Source of the DNA: Mobula hypostoma
Taxonomy: Eukaryota
Length of the DNA: 64,000 nucleotides
Direction of reading: 5' to 3'
Assembly: GCF_963921235.1 (NCBI RefSeq)
Contig: NC_086097.1
Location: forward strand, 53,322,001-53,386,000
Every line of letters begins with the position of its first letter. The first letter of the stretch is position 1. A model generated the notes under the pieces. The model worked only from the letters and a program-made list of their open reading frames with translations. It ran no database searches and was not told the DNA's origin. Both the position numbers and the translations under genes were made by a program. Shown here one piece after another: positions 12,899 through 25,379 of this stretch.

Positions 12899-13440
12899 CA
12901 CATCAAAGCTGCTGGCGGACGCAGCAGGCCAGGCAGCAGCTCTAGGAAGAGGTACAGTCGACGTTTCGGGCCGAGACCCTTCGTCAGGACTAACTGAAAG
13001 AAGAGCTAGTAAGAGATTTGAAAGTGGAAGGGGGAGGGGGAGATCTGAAATGACAGGAGAAGACAGGAGGGGGAGGGATGGAGCCAAGAGCTGGACAGGA
13101 GGCCCAGGGAGAAGGAAAAGGGGGGGGGGGACCCAGAGGATAGGCAAGGGGTATAGTCAGAGGGACAGAGGAAGAGAAAGGAGAGAGAGAGAAAGAATGT
13201 GTGTATATAAATAATGGATGGGGTACAGGGGGAGGGAGGTGGGGCATTAGTGGAAGTTAGAGAGGTCAACGTTCATGCCATCAGGTTGGAGGCTACCCAG
13301 ACGGAATATAAGGTGTTGTTCCTCCAACCTGAGTGTGGCCTCATCTTTACAGTAGAGGAGGCTGTGGATAGACATGTCAGAATGGGAATGGGATGTAGAA
13401 CTAAAATGTGTGGCCACTTCCGCTAATGCCCCACCTCCCC
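12899..13440 (-). mobile_element. Penelope-like element 3' part nested in CR1
   Basis: VATHFSSTSHSHSDMSIHSLLYCKDEATLRLEEQHLIFRLGSLQPDGMN (GIY-YIG C-terminus) plus hammerhead-bearing 3' region. Confidence 0.88.
12956..12991 (-). ncRNA. Minimal type-I hammerhead ribozyme motif
   Basis: Reverse complement AGTC-CTGACGA-A-GGGT-ctcg-GCCC-GAAA-CG-TC-GACT. Confidence 0.78.
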
Positions 13441-14128
13441 CTGTGGAGGCCAGGTTGTTGGGTGTACTTAAGGCAGAGATTAATAGGTTCTTGATTGGAC
13501 AAGACATCAAAGGTTACAGGGCGAAGGCCAGGAACTGGGGTTGAGAAGGAGAAAAAAAAAGGATCAGCCATGATTGAATGGTGGAGCAGACTCAACGGGC
13601 CAGACGGCTTAATTCTGCTCTTGTGTCTTACCGTCTAAATATAAGCACCAAGATTATCAACTTGCTTGTGGAATTTTACTGAACAAAATTTAAATTTAAA
13701 ATATGGATTTTTATGAATTTTGGGAGAATTCTGATTTTATCATTGTATCATCCTACCATGTGACAAAAACTCAAAATTTACATATAAGCACACACATATA
13801 TAATAAGACTGATTGTACGTATATTAAAGTGACAGTGTAGGTGATGTGGTGGGGTGCTTATTATAGATTGAACGAAACATAACGAATTTTACATTTTTCG
13901 ATGAACTTCAGCAAGGCTTACTCAGCTCCCGACTGGCAGCAATTCAGCAGAAAGGAACATTGGAGTTTGGCTCAACCTTCTGAAATTCCTTCGCTGCACA
14001 GCCAACGCATCATCTGGTCTAAACTGTAACCCATACAAGGCATCGTGCAATCGCACCGTCGATAATATCCATAATGTGTCTTTTGGCAAAAATCAGAGAT
14101 GGCACTCCCCACCAGGATCAGAACTCAC

Positions 14129-14285
14129 CAAGTTTCTCCACCAGTTTAAGCATCACTCCGCCTATGTGCACTTCCCCGGTGACTCGGAGGGGAACATCGC
14201 GATTCAGATCGGTCACAAGAACATTCAGCTCCCACGTCCCGTCAGCGTAACAGCCATCAGGCATCCGAATACCGTCCAGAGCCAT
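14129..14285 (-). CDS. FERMT2: FERMT2 (kindlin-2) first coding exon
   Basis: MALDGIRMPDGCYADGTWELNVLVTDLNRDVPLRVTGEVHIGGVMLKLVEKL; acceptor cag 9 nt before the ATG (exon starts 14294), donor gtgagt; 157 coding bp; lies next to DDHD1 as in other vertebrates. Confidence 0.97.
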
Positions 14286-14439
14286 TCCGTTTAACTGCAA
14301 CAAAATAACGGCAAAACATTTACGCCCCTTGATAACAAACTTTAAAACTGTTAGAGTAGTGCAATAAACCAAGAATATTATTCATCTTCTCAGAGCACAT
14401 AATCTGGTTGTAAAATTGTGTTTTACTTCAACATTAAAT

Positions 14440-15560
14440 GCAATTCGTACGAGTCAAAGAATTAAAGATCTTTGCGCGTACATAGCTCGCCTTCCCTTTT
14501 CTCCTTATTCCGTTATAAGGAGACGCGGCGGCACTGCTGACCTGTTGGAATGGTTTTCCCCTCCGTTAAACACACTTGAAAACAAAATGGGGCTCAGAAG
14601 TCTTTGGTTGTCCCACTCCTGTAGCGTGAGAAATCCATGGGGGACCCGGGATACAAAGTGGCGCTTCCCAAACGGACTTCGCAATTCCCAATCTGAGATT
14701 GATTAAAACACTGCTCGTTAAATGTGGATCCCGCTTGGGTAGGGTCAGCAAAGAAAAGCCCTGGATAAAATAAAACGTTTGGCTGTTTTCGGACGTGTTT
14801 CCCGCTGAACAGGCGACCTTTGGAGTTGGATCAGATTAGACCCTTTTCCGCCCGTCAAAGGACAAGAGTACCAACCCTCCCCCTCTACACACACACACAC
14901 ACACGAAACGTCCATCGCTTGATTCCTGGGATCTGGCCGCCTGCAGCTCCCGAAGCCGACGAGCGTGGGCAGAGATGGAGCGGGGCGGCTGCTCGGCAGC
15001 AACAGTTATTCCAGGGAAAATACCGCGAAAAAGAAAATTACCTCAGAGAATCCACTGAAGTAATGTTGAGGGTAACCCACAATGAAACTAATTCACCGTT
15101 TTCCCACAGTGTCCGCCTTCAGAAGAAAAGGAAAGCCGCTTAAGTGTCCACACAGCTGGCTGCTTCCCTGCCGGACGCTATAATGGAGTCGTGCCTGGGC
15201 TCTGCTGGACTTCAACGTCACTCTCGGCAGCTCACAGTCCGCCGCCCATGGCTGCCCTCAGCCGTCGTCCAGACCCAGAGACGGTCGATTCCCTGCCGGC
15301 CCTACAAACCCAGTCCCTCCGCTGTGTCCGGCCCGATTGCATGCAGCGCCGCCTGAAAACGCGAACAATGAAGCCGAGCCTCCGCTGCCTTTTATGGAAA
15401 TGGGAAAGAAGCAGCGCCGCACATCCGGGCGCTGAGCTCCAGGGATACACAAGGACGGCATTCCCGTTAGCATCGGCCGTCGCGTACGGGCGGCTTCAAG
15501 CCAACACAATGGAATGGAGTCTCATTACATATTTTTCCAAGTATACCGAAGTCGCATTTT
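14440..15560. promoter_or_regulatory. CpG island / FERMT2 promoter and probable non-coding first exon
   Basis: The only long CpG-rich unique stretch in a CpG-depleted window, just upstream of the FERMT2 ATG exon; best minus-strand donor is GAG|gtaatt at 15042, alternative ACT|gtgagc near 15236. Confidence 0.75.
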
Positions 15561-16337
15561 TCCGAACAAATTGTGTAATTTCCAACTCATAAATTGTCAC
15601 ACGCTTGATTGGAAGCTTGTAGATTCCATATTACGTTATACATTATAAACAGATTGATTAATCTCATAAAAATGACTTCATCTCTATTTTAGCTTTAAGC
15701 GAAAATACAGAATTATGCGACAACATACTTTACTTGATTACTTGATGGAGCTCAGAGTAAAACATACCGAAGGGCTTTTCAAGAACGTTAGGCAAAGTTT
15801 GACGTCGAACCACACGAGGAGACATTGGGACTAGTGACCAAAAGGCTTTATCATCTGAGGAGACGTAAGGATTGGAAGTTGCCTTCATGCAGCATATTTT
15901 TTGACGAAGGAAGTGTCAACGACATTAAAGTCAATTACTTTGCCTATGTTGTTTCCAACATTAAAACAAATATGTGCATAGAAAGCTTCCACGGCACCAA
16001 GTGTTGAAAACCAAACTGTCCCTTCATTTAGATGTTGGAGGAATAAATGTTTCACAGGCGTCATTGGTAGTTTTATTATTTTCCAAGTAATGTCATTGAA
16101 TCATTAACAAGAGTGGGGAGGTCTGCTATTAACAGACAGTATTTGTAACATTAAAACATTCCTCAGTACTGCATTAGAATGTCAACCTGGATTAATGTGT
16201 TCCAGTCCATGGAGAGGGACATAAATCATTTACCTGGCTCAAAGCTAAATATTCTGCCAACCAAGCCATGACTGACATCCAAGTTTAAAGCTGAGGATGT
16301 CAAAGGTACAGCTGGTCATTGTGGTACAAATAAGATT

Positions 16338-17022
16338 TGTGAGTCTGTCGTGGTCATCTATTGTATCCGGTGCTCTCGGTGCGGCCTCCTCTACGTCGGT
16401 GAAACCTGATGCAGATTGAGGGACCGCTTCATCGAGCACCTCCGCTCCGTCCACCACAACAGACAGGATCTCCCAGTAGCCACCCACTTCAACTCTGCTT
16501 GCCACTCCCATTCAGATATGTCCATACATGGCCTCCTCTACTGCCATGATGAGGCTAAACAGATTGGAGGAACAACACCTCATATACCGTCTAGGTAGTC
16601 TCCAGCCCCTTGGTATGAACATAGAATTCTCCAACTTCCAGTAATTCCCTCCCCCTCCCTTCCTCTATCCCTATTTCACTCTGCCCCCTCCCCCAGCTGC
16701 CTATCATCTCCCTCATGGTTCCGCCTCCTTCTACAACCCATTGTGTTTTCCCCTATTCCTTCTTCACCTTTCCTGCCTATCACCCTGCTTCCCCTCCCCC
16801 ACCCCTTTATCTTTCCCCTTACTGGTTTTTCACCTGGAACCTACCAGCCTTCTCTCCCCACCTTCTTTATAGGGCCTCTGCCCCTTCCATCTTCAGTCCT
16901 GACGAAGGGTTCCGGCCCGAAACGTTGACTGATCGTTTCCACGGATGCTGCCCGACCTGCTGAGTTCCTCCAGCGTGTTGTGAGTGTTGCTTTGACCCCA
17001 GTATCTGCAGAGTATTTTGTGC
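16338..17022 (+). mobile_element. Penelope-like element 3' part
   Basis: Decayed GIY-YIG frame (C-x-R-C-G-L-L-Y-V-G-E-T...VATHFNS); TSD ATAAGATT at 16330-16337 and 17023-17030. Confidence 0.9.
16893..16932 (+). ncRNA. Minimal type-I hammerhead ribozyme motif (GUU triplet)
   Basis: TCAGTC-CTGACGA-A-GGGT-tccg-GCCC-GAAA-CG-TT-GACTGA. Confidence 0.72.
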
Positions 17023-18587
17023 ATAAGATTATAGATATGCATAAGGCCAAGATTAGAGGAATACAAATTGCTAGGCAAATGACACTGATAGTTTTGCACT
17101 CAATTGCAAAAAAAAAGCATCAATAATTTCAAGCAGTTATTTGCACTTTGATTTCCTGACTTTTTTTGAATAATTCCCAGACAGTGCATGGGTTCAGTGA
17201 CCAATTCCATATGCCATAACCCTACCCAAGCATCCCAGCATGAATAAATAAATGAATAAATGATGAAATAAAACTGGCAGAACTGTTATGTTCTTCAACC
17301 CCAAGCATCGCGTTCTCCTCCTACACTCTCAAGCAGAGTTCTAGTTACAGAATTGTAATTATGCCCAATATAATGAATATTACATTCATTAGCTCCTTTG
17401 GTGAATGCTTGGCCATAAAGGAAATTTGACATAAAGCAGAAACTATTCCGATCCAACAATTCCAAGAAGATATTTGAAAAGTAATGTAGACAGCAATAAT
17501 AATCTCACAGAGGCATGTAAAATGACATTGCCAATCATGACCAGGATCCTGGCCATCAGGTAAAACCACCCACCGTGTATAACAGTCAAACTGTGTTTAC
17601 AATCATGCATCCACCATAAACTAGAGAGACATTTGCAGGCCCTTATTTAAAAAGCATAGCGTTCAGGCAGACATCCCTGAGACAATTTTATTTTTGCGAA
17701 CCTTAATATGGATGATAATATTGTGTCTTTTTTAGTTACCATGTGGAGTTATTGGATACCATTTCCTACCAATAATCGGTTTTATATGGTTGAAATTCCA
17801 GTCCGAGTTATTAGCTTGTCTTTTGCTCTATATTTTTAGCTATTACATTATATTAATAAAAGCACAAAAGTTTTGTACATCTATAAAATGTAAGTTAAAA
17901 TATAATTTTTTTGATTGTATTATAAGTTAAATACATGATTAAGTTTTCCGGGGTTGCACAAAACAACTACTTGGGCTAATTTATTAACTGCAAAGAGAAC
18001 ATTTATAATTTTAGTTTATTTGCAGTAACATAGACATAGACAGCCCCTTAGCAGAACATCATACCCGACTCAAGTGATTACAGCAAAAAACACATGTGGA
18101 AGAATATTACAAATTCTGTTGAATGGGAAAGGTTTTCTTCATAGCATTTTAGATTGTGTATTAAAATAGTGTTTATTCCAAGCATTTCTGAATGGATTGG
18201 CTAGAACTTACAAGTCCTTTTTTTCTATTACTTAGGTAAAAGTTCACACAAAGCTTACAAAATTGAATTAGAACTTTGTAATTTATTCTGAAAACATTTA
18301 AGAGTTACATATTTGTTTAAAAACTATTCAAACAGAATTATGAGTTTTAATTATACATTTTGCAATACTTCATTTAAAAACTTAGTCATTAGTAAAATAT
18401 ATCTCCTAAAAGTAATAATAAATTTTAGAATGCTTGCTTTTCAGAAATCAATGCATCAGATATCATGGATCAATTTATGGAACTTAGGGTCAATTATTAA
18501 TATGTATCGTAAGTCTATTTTGAAGACAACGAAGGCATAATAGTAATAATGTCTTAATCAGTAATAATTTGTCTTAATAGTAATAAT

Positions 18588-19095
18588 CAGTCAATGGCCT
18601 CCTCTACTGCCATGCCCAGATAGGAGTAACACCTTATATTCCCTCTGGGTAGCCTCCAACCTGATGGCATGAACATTGATTTCTTAAACTTCCAGTAATG
18701 CACCCCCCCATCACCATTTCCCATTCCCATTTCCCTTCCTCACTTTACTTACCCATCGCCTCCATTTGGTGCTCCTCCCCCTTCCCTTTCTTCTATGGCC
18801 TTCAGTCCTCTCCTATCAGATTCTCCCTTCTCCAGCCCTTTATCTCTTTCGTCAGTTGACTTCCCAGCTTTTTACGTCACCCTCCCCCATCACCCACTAC
18901 CTTGTATTTCTTTCTCCCCTCCCCCCACCTTCTTAGCTGACTTCTCATCTTTTTTCTCCAGACCTAATGAAGGGTCTCGGCCGAAACATTAACTGTTCAC
19001 TCTTTTCCATAGATACTGCCTGGCCTGCTGATTTCCTCCAGCATTTTGTGTGTGTTGCTTGGATTCCCAGCACCTGCAGATTTTTTTTTGTTTGT
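18588..19095 (+). mobile_element. Penelope-like 3' fragment (older)
   Basis: Same GIY-YIG tail and pyrimidine-rich UTR; decayed hammerhead CTAATGA...GAAA near 18964. Confidence 0.8.
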
Positions 19096-19412
19096 AATGA
19101 TTTGTGTTGCCTATCAGTTCTTCATAGATGTATTTAATGAGTTTGCATGGAAAAATGAAAATAAACTGACAATCTCATAATGGAAGGAAGTAGTCTACCA
19201 TGAACCAGAGGGACAAAACATGTGATCAATTGTTCTACTTGGCAAACTTAATTTCCTACTGGACTGGATACCCACTCACTCATTGGCAAACTGACCACTT
19301 TTTTAGAACAACACTTATGAAATTACAAAGATTAGAAAAACAAAAGTATAATCACAACTATTGTAAAACATTTTTCAGAAACATATAATCAACAAAAAAG
19401 GGTTCCAAAACT

Positions 19413-20810
19413 CTGTTGGAGTTGTCTAGTGTATTTTGTGCACCCATTGCATTGATGAGACATCACATAAATTGTGGGACTGCTTTGTCAAGCACCTCCA
19501 CATCATCCAGCAAAAGCAGTATTTCCCAGTGGCCAACAATTTTAATTCCTATCCTTATTTCTGTTCTGACATGTTGGTCCATGGACTCTTCCTCTGCCTT
19601 GATGAGACTACTCTCAGGGTGGAGGAGAAGCACCTCATATTCCTTGTAGGTGGCCTCCAACATCAGCTCAAGTAGGCTGAAATGGACTCCCCTTCCCTTT
19701 GATTCTGCTTATGAAACCTTAAGCTTTCTGCAATCAACAATGGTTTTGATTCTGAATGTTCCTGCATTGCATTCACAATATCAGCAAATCTCATTTTGTC
19801 TGGTTTGGTTGGAGCAGTTAAACTTCTACGCAAACTATATACCTTTTCACCTATTGCACACATCAATACTGGCACTCATTTTTCATCTGCTATTTCATTT
19901 GCTTGAAAATACTGCTCAATTCATTCAGTATACATCATCCAGTTGTTGGTTGTGCAATTGAACACGTCTATCTTTCCGATGTAGCCAGCCATTTCTGCTT
20001 TTATTTACTTATTATCATCATCATCATCATCTGGTACTCACTGGTTATTCATTATGAACCTATGCTGTATTCATTGCTTGTTACTTCATCAGTGCTCTGC
20101 CTTTTTAAAAAAAAACTTGAACACCTCTCTCCCCTTCCAAAGAAAAAAGTGTTTCAACGTATAAGTAATGGTCATGGGTTTGTTTTAAAATGTTCCTGTC
20201 ACTACTGTATGTTTTGTAACTTCAGAAACTATTTGAAAGAAGAAAAAAAACACAGGAGCCAGGATATACGTCCATTTAGGTTTTTGCCCCCTTTTTTTCA
20301 GTGAGGTGCTCACACATGATGTGGTAGCTTAATGACATATGCCATTCATGTACTTTTTATATATAACCCATAATGAGTTATGAAAACAAAGAAAGAATGC
20401 TTAATCAAATATATTAACAATATTCTTGAAATATTAAATACACTCCACTTCCCTCTTCTTCTATTCTCCTCTCTGGCCTCTTCCCTCTGCTCTTTACCTG
20501 CCTATCATCACCCCCTGGTGCCCCTCTTTCTCCTATGGTCCACTCTCCTGTCAGAATCCTTCTTCTCCAGCCCTTTACCTTTCCCACCCACCTGATTTCA
20601 CCTATCACCTTTTAGCTTGTCCTCCTTCTGCTCCCCCCAACTTTTTATTATGGTATCTTTGCCCTCCTTTTCCAGTCCTGATGAAGTATCTCAGCCTGAA
20701 ACATTGACTGTTTATTCATTTTCATAGATGCTGCCTGACCTGCTGTGTTTCTGCAACTTTTTGTGTGTGTTTCTCTGGATTTCCAACATCTGCAGAATCT
20801 CTTGTGTTTA
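19413..20810 (+). mobile_element. Penelope-like fragment split by a Gypsy-type insertion
   Basis: GIY-YIG-like sequence at 19413-19660 resumes as the 3' UTR at about 20445-20810. Confidence 0.72.
19661..20444 (-). mobile_element. Ty3/Gypsy-like gag fragment plus probable LTR
   Basis: AIGEKVYSLRRSLTAPTKP...FADIV...EH...KPLLIAE...RFHKQNQREGESISAY resembles Gypsy gag; adjacent AT-rich segment about 20206-20444 could be the LTR. Confidence 0.7.
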
Positions 20811-21524
20811 AGATAGAGTGCATATTGCCTTGTAGAGTAAGTAGCATAGGTGTACGTTTTAAGATGCTATATACATTTTAAAGACTTATTTCAAGAACAG
20901 TCATTGATCCCACAGAGTAAATGTTTCACTCATCATTTAAGATTAAATATGAAATTGGTGAAACAATTAAATAGCCCTTATTTTGGTTAATAATCTACAC
21001 TTTTGTTTGGTGCCCATGAAAACTGATTATTATGGTTTTTTCAAATATTGAATGGTGTACATCAGACATTTAATTTTAGAACAAAAGTTTAATTTACAGT
21101 TGTGCCATTTATTTCAGAGAATAACATTTGTAATTAGCTTTTTCATAATAATTCAGTTAAGTGGCTACATTCATTTTAGATCAAATGTTGCCATCTTCTG
21201 GAGTATTGTATATTTGCAAGGTTTTGATAATATCCTCCAGTTCCTTTCTCTGCCCACCTTGTAACCTCATCTCATGAGAGACTAGTGTGTCTGCTTTAGA
21301 ATTCTGGTGTTGGGCATACGGATGAGATGGTCTGCGAAGGGGGCTGACAGAGAGTATAACCACAGTTGGAAAGCTGGGGTTATTGTCCTGGGAGAGGATT
21401 AATGTTGGTTTACTTATTCTTCCAGTGAATTTGATAAATTATGCAGTGACAGTATATTTGACTGCTGAGTTACCTATTAAAGCAGTCCTGGTCGCAGAAG
21501 CATATGGAAATCAGGAATCACCAC

Positions 21525-21910
21525 TGTCTAGGAAACTGAGTTTTGAGTTCCATGGAGAGCATTCTAATTGGTTGCATCATTGTTTGCTATGGAGGGGGCG
21601 CTGCACAGGACCAAAAAAAAAGCTGCAGAGGGTTGGAAACTCAATCAGCTCCATCATGAGAATTAGCCTCCCAAACATTGAGAATATCTTCAAACGGTGA
21701 TGCCTCAAAAAGGTGACATCATCGTAAAGGACACTCATCACCCAGGACAGGTCCTCTTCTTATTACTACTAGAGAGGAGGAAATGGAGCCTGAAGACACA
21801 CACTTAATGCTTTAGGAAGAGCTTCTCCCCCTCTGCCATCAGATCTCTGAATGGACAATGAACGAACTCATGAACACTACCTCACTATTTCTGCTATCTT
21901 TTTGATGAGT
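21525..21910 (+). mobile_element. Rex1/Babar 3' fragment
   Basis: ggagagcattctaattggttgcatc..KKLQRV..LPNIENIFKR. Confidence 0.75.
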
Positions 21911-22057
21911 CTTACATATTGAAAGTAATATTTTCCTAAGGTCTCCTTCTGAACCTTTACAAAACTGGAAATGGTCAGAAAGGTTTTATCATGCTTTTGT
22001 CTTTGCTCAACAATTGAGTAATGGATAGTTGGAGATTAAAATATTTATTGAAAATAA

Positions 22058-22540
22058 ACACAAGATACTAGAGGAACTCAGTAGAACAGGCAGCATCCAT
22101 GGAAAGGAATAAGCAGCCAAGATCCTTCAATATTACAGGAAAGGAAGGGGGAAGAAGCCAAATTAAGGTAGGGGCAGGGAAGAAGTACAAATTGGCAAGT
22201 GATAGATGAAACTAGGTGAGAGGAAGGTGGATTGGTGGGTGGGGGGTGGGATGAAGTGAGAAGCTGGGAGGTGACAGGTGAACAAGTAAAGGCTCAAGAA
22301 GGAATCTGATAGGAGAGGAAGGTAGACCATGGGAGGAAGATGGGCACCAGATGGAGATGACAGACAGGGAGAAGAGAAGGTGTAAGATGGGAGCCAGAAT
22401 GGGGAGTAGTAAAAGAGAAAAGTGTACGACGAAAGAAATTACCGTAAGTTACAGAAATTGATGTTCATGCTAACCTGATGGAATACGAGATGTTGCTCCT
22501 CCACCCTGTAAGTTGTTTCATCGTGGCAGTAGAGGAGATC
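22058..22540 (-). mobile_element. Penelope-like 3' fragment (old)
   Basis: Reverse complement of the same family (gaggaactcag..ggcagcatc; tgttgctcctcca..). Confidence 0.75.
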
Positions 22541-23679
22541 TCAATGAGAGATGTAATCAATCAGGCCCAGGACTGCAATAATCAAAGTCAATAGTTAACA
22601 AAAATAAAAAGACAAAAGAAAACCATCAGGCGATGTGCTCGCACTCCCAATAAAAGGGTCAATTCTCAGAGATCATTGAGTGAGGATAAGGGGGAAGAGC
22701 AACACATTCTCACTGGCAACACCAAACCAGCAATGCGCATTACTACATACAAAACTCTTAGCCACACCAAATTATGTTAGCCTCACAAATTTCATTATTC
22801 CAGAATTGAACATGTAATTTGGATCACAATTTTGGATTTTTTGATCTAATCTGATTAAAGCAATTAAATAATTACCAATAAGTACCACTCAGTTCTTGAA
22901 TTAGGTAGGATAGGGAACTGATTCATTTACAGACGTTAAGAGTCTGACAAGGAACAAGCATGGCGGGAGATTTTTCCCTCATTTACCAACATGTTAAAAT
23001 TAGATTTGAGGAATTTGATAGGATTATTCCTTTCCTTGTATTCTTCCACAAAGAAACTTGGGAAGTTTGGAATTTGAGGTAGCTTAAATGTTTTTGCACC
23101 ACATTGAACCTGTTTGGAAATATTGCTGATCTTTCGTTTGAATTTTTCTTTTAAAATTTTTATTGCAGTGCAAAATAAAATAGTGGGCATTCCAACATGA
23201 TAGTAACAAATTTAATTCATTACATAACTTGCTGACAGACCTATACCCTAGGGTTTCTTAAACACCATGTTTAATCATAAAAGGAAACTCTTGTGCAATT
23301 TTCAGGCACTTTTTGAAATTTGTTGGGTTCCAAACTCATAGAAGGCACAGAAGATGACATTTATTTAAAGTCTGATGCACATTTTGAATTGAGATGAGCG
23401 AAATTAAGGACTCTAAATTATAAAGATTTATTTAAATCAAGAACATTTAGCATCCTGTGCTAAATGAACCATTATTTTGAGAAGCATTCCTTCTCAATTG
23501 CCAATTACTGCAGATTTGTAAATAGAAATTATGAAGCAGCCATTGTAACAGTTCAAGACTGTATTTAAGGCATTGAGTTTTCTGAAACCCAATTGTTTTA
23601 TGTCTTTGCAAAGTTAAAACAGATGTAAACTACTAAATTACAAAGCTTTTGCATCTATAAGTTATCAACATTGAAATCC

Positions 23680-24380
23680 AGAGGATTATAAGGGATCTGG
23701 GAGTTCAGATACATAATTCCCTGAAAGTGGCGTCACAGGTAGACGGGGTTGTAAAGAAGGCTTTTGGCATCCTGGCATTCATAAATCAAAGTATTGAGTA
23801 TAGGAGTTTAGACGTTATGGTGAGGTTGTATAAGGCATTGGTGAGGCCAACTTCGAAGTATTATGTGCGGTTCTGGTCACCTAACTATATGAAGGATATC
23901 AGTAAGATTGAAAGAGTGCAGAGAAGATTTACTAGGATGTTGCCTGGGTCTTCAGGAGTTGAGTTACAGGGAAAGATTGAACAGGTTAGGACTTTATTCC
24001 TCGGAGCATAGAATGAGGGTAGCTTTGACAGAGGTTTACAAAATTATGAGGGGTATAGAGAGTAAATGTGAGTAGGCTCTTTCCACTTAGATTAGGAGAG
24101 ATAAATATGAGAGGACATGGCTTTAGGGTGAAAGGGGAAAGGTTTAGGGGGAACTTCTTCAGTCAGAGAGTGGTGGGAGTGTGGAATGAGCTGCCATCTG
24201 ACGTGGTAAATGCGGGCTCACTCTTAAGTTTTAAGAATAAATTGGATAGATACATGGATGGGAGAGGTCTGGAAGGTTATGGACTGGATACAGGTCAATG
24301 GGACCAGCAGAATAAAGTTTCGGCACAGACTAGAAGGGCCGAATGCCTGTTTTCTGTGCTGTAGTGTTCTATGGCTCTAA
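23680..24380 (+). mobile_element. CR1 LINE 3' fragment
   Basis: [47 protein letters not shown]. Confidence 0.92.
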
Positions 24381-24957
24381 GTTTGAAATCTTTTAAATTT
24401 TATAGCATAACATGCAAAATTGTATGCTATGCAAAATAATTTAAATGAGAAAAAAATAGCATTTAATGCACTTTTTCCAAAGATCACTAGAATGTTTCAA
24501 ATTTTCAGTACTTACATAAAGGAACCCAGATATGCTAGGTACCATCCAGTGACACAAGATGTACGTTTGGATACCACTTCTACTAAATTTAGTTGTGCAT
24601 GTATGGCCCACAGATGGCACAGGCCAGTCACGCAGCAGAAGATTTTCACAACAAATGCAAAGTGTCTTCAACAGAATGTAAAAAGGCACCTATAGTGTCT
24701 GAAAAGTTAAGGCCGTAAAGTTTGGAGCTTGGAAGTCCCACAAGTAGATCCCCTTGCCGTTTCTTCAGCAGTATACCTTGGTCCAATCATGATGTCACCC
24801 ATTATGACCACCCCACAAAACACTTACCATCCAAGTATGACCCTGAGCTGACCCAACATGCGAAGTTTGGAGGAAGATGCAGTGTAGTAAGCTGTGTAAA
24901 CATCCCCCCAACCCTCACGCACAAAACAACCGCTGTACGTTGCCAGGCTGAGCTGTC

Positions 24958-25250
24958 TCATCACCATCATCATCCAGTGTCAAGCCCAGTTTGAGCTTTG
25001 GCTGCCATGGCCCACACACTCCTGTTTCGGGTCAAGTGGATCAATTCATTGGAATTCATTTCCAGTTCTCTGGCTGCTGTCTCCATCATCATTTGTCTTT
25101 GTCTTCCTTTTGCTTTCTTCCCTTCAATCTTTTCCATAATTACCTTGCATTCTAACTCCTCTTTCCTAATCACATGTCCAATGAAGTCACATTGCCTTTT
25201 CATGATCTCATACATTATTTCTCTTTTTGTGCTTGCTCAACTATCTATCT
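24958..25250 (-). mobile_element. RTE (BovB-like) LINE 3' end
   Basis: KRQCDFIGHVIRKEELE..KIEGKKAKGRQR..W; (GAT)n-type tail. Confidence 0.82.
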
Positions 25251-25373
25251 CAACTTAAAATGATTGCCCTTGATCCAATCAGCAGCGTTTTGAAATGTAA
25301 GGAAAAATAATTTTTAGCTGCAACATATTTGAGATTATAATCAAACACATTGCTATATAAAACCTCCAGGGCA

Positions 25374-25379
25374 TTTATT
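25374..25379 (-). terminator. Candidate DDHD1 polyadenylation signal
   Basis: AATAAA on the minus strand about 625 nt after the stop, in AU-rich unique sequence with GU-rich sequence downstream; a second AATAAA lies at 25861-25866. Confidence 0.5.

Larger units (their letters stand above)
12410..13640 (+). mobile_element. CR1 LINE fragment interrupted by a Penelope-like insert
   Basis: QFADDTK..KWQMKYNVGKCMVMHFG at 12410-12898; the 3' tail resumes at 13441-13640. Confidence 0.85.

Noticed and set aside
1..14128. Further FERMT2 exons
   Set aside because: No sequence encoding the next kindlin segment (DWSDHALWW...) was found; the intron probably extends beyond the window
14745..15592. Several overlapping ORFs in the GC-rich region
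   Set aside because: Expected from stop-codon scarcity in a CpG island; no recognisable protein
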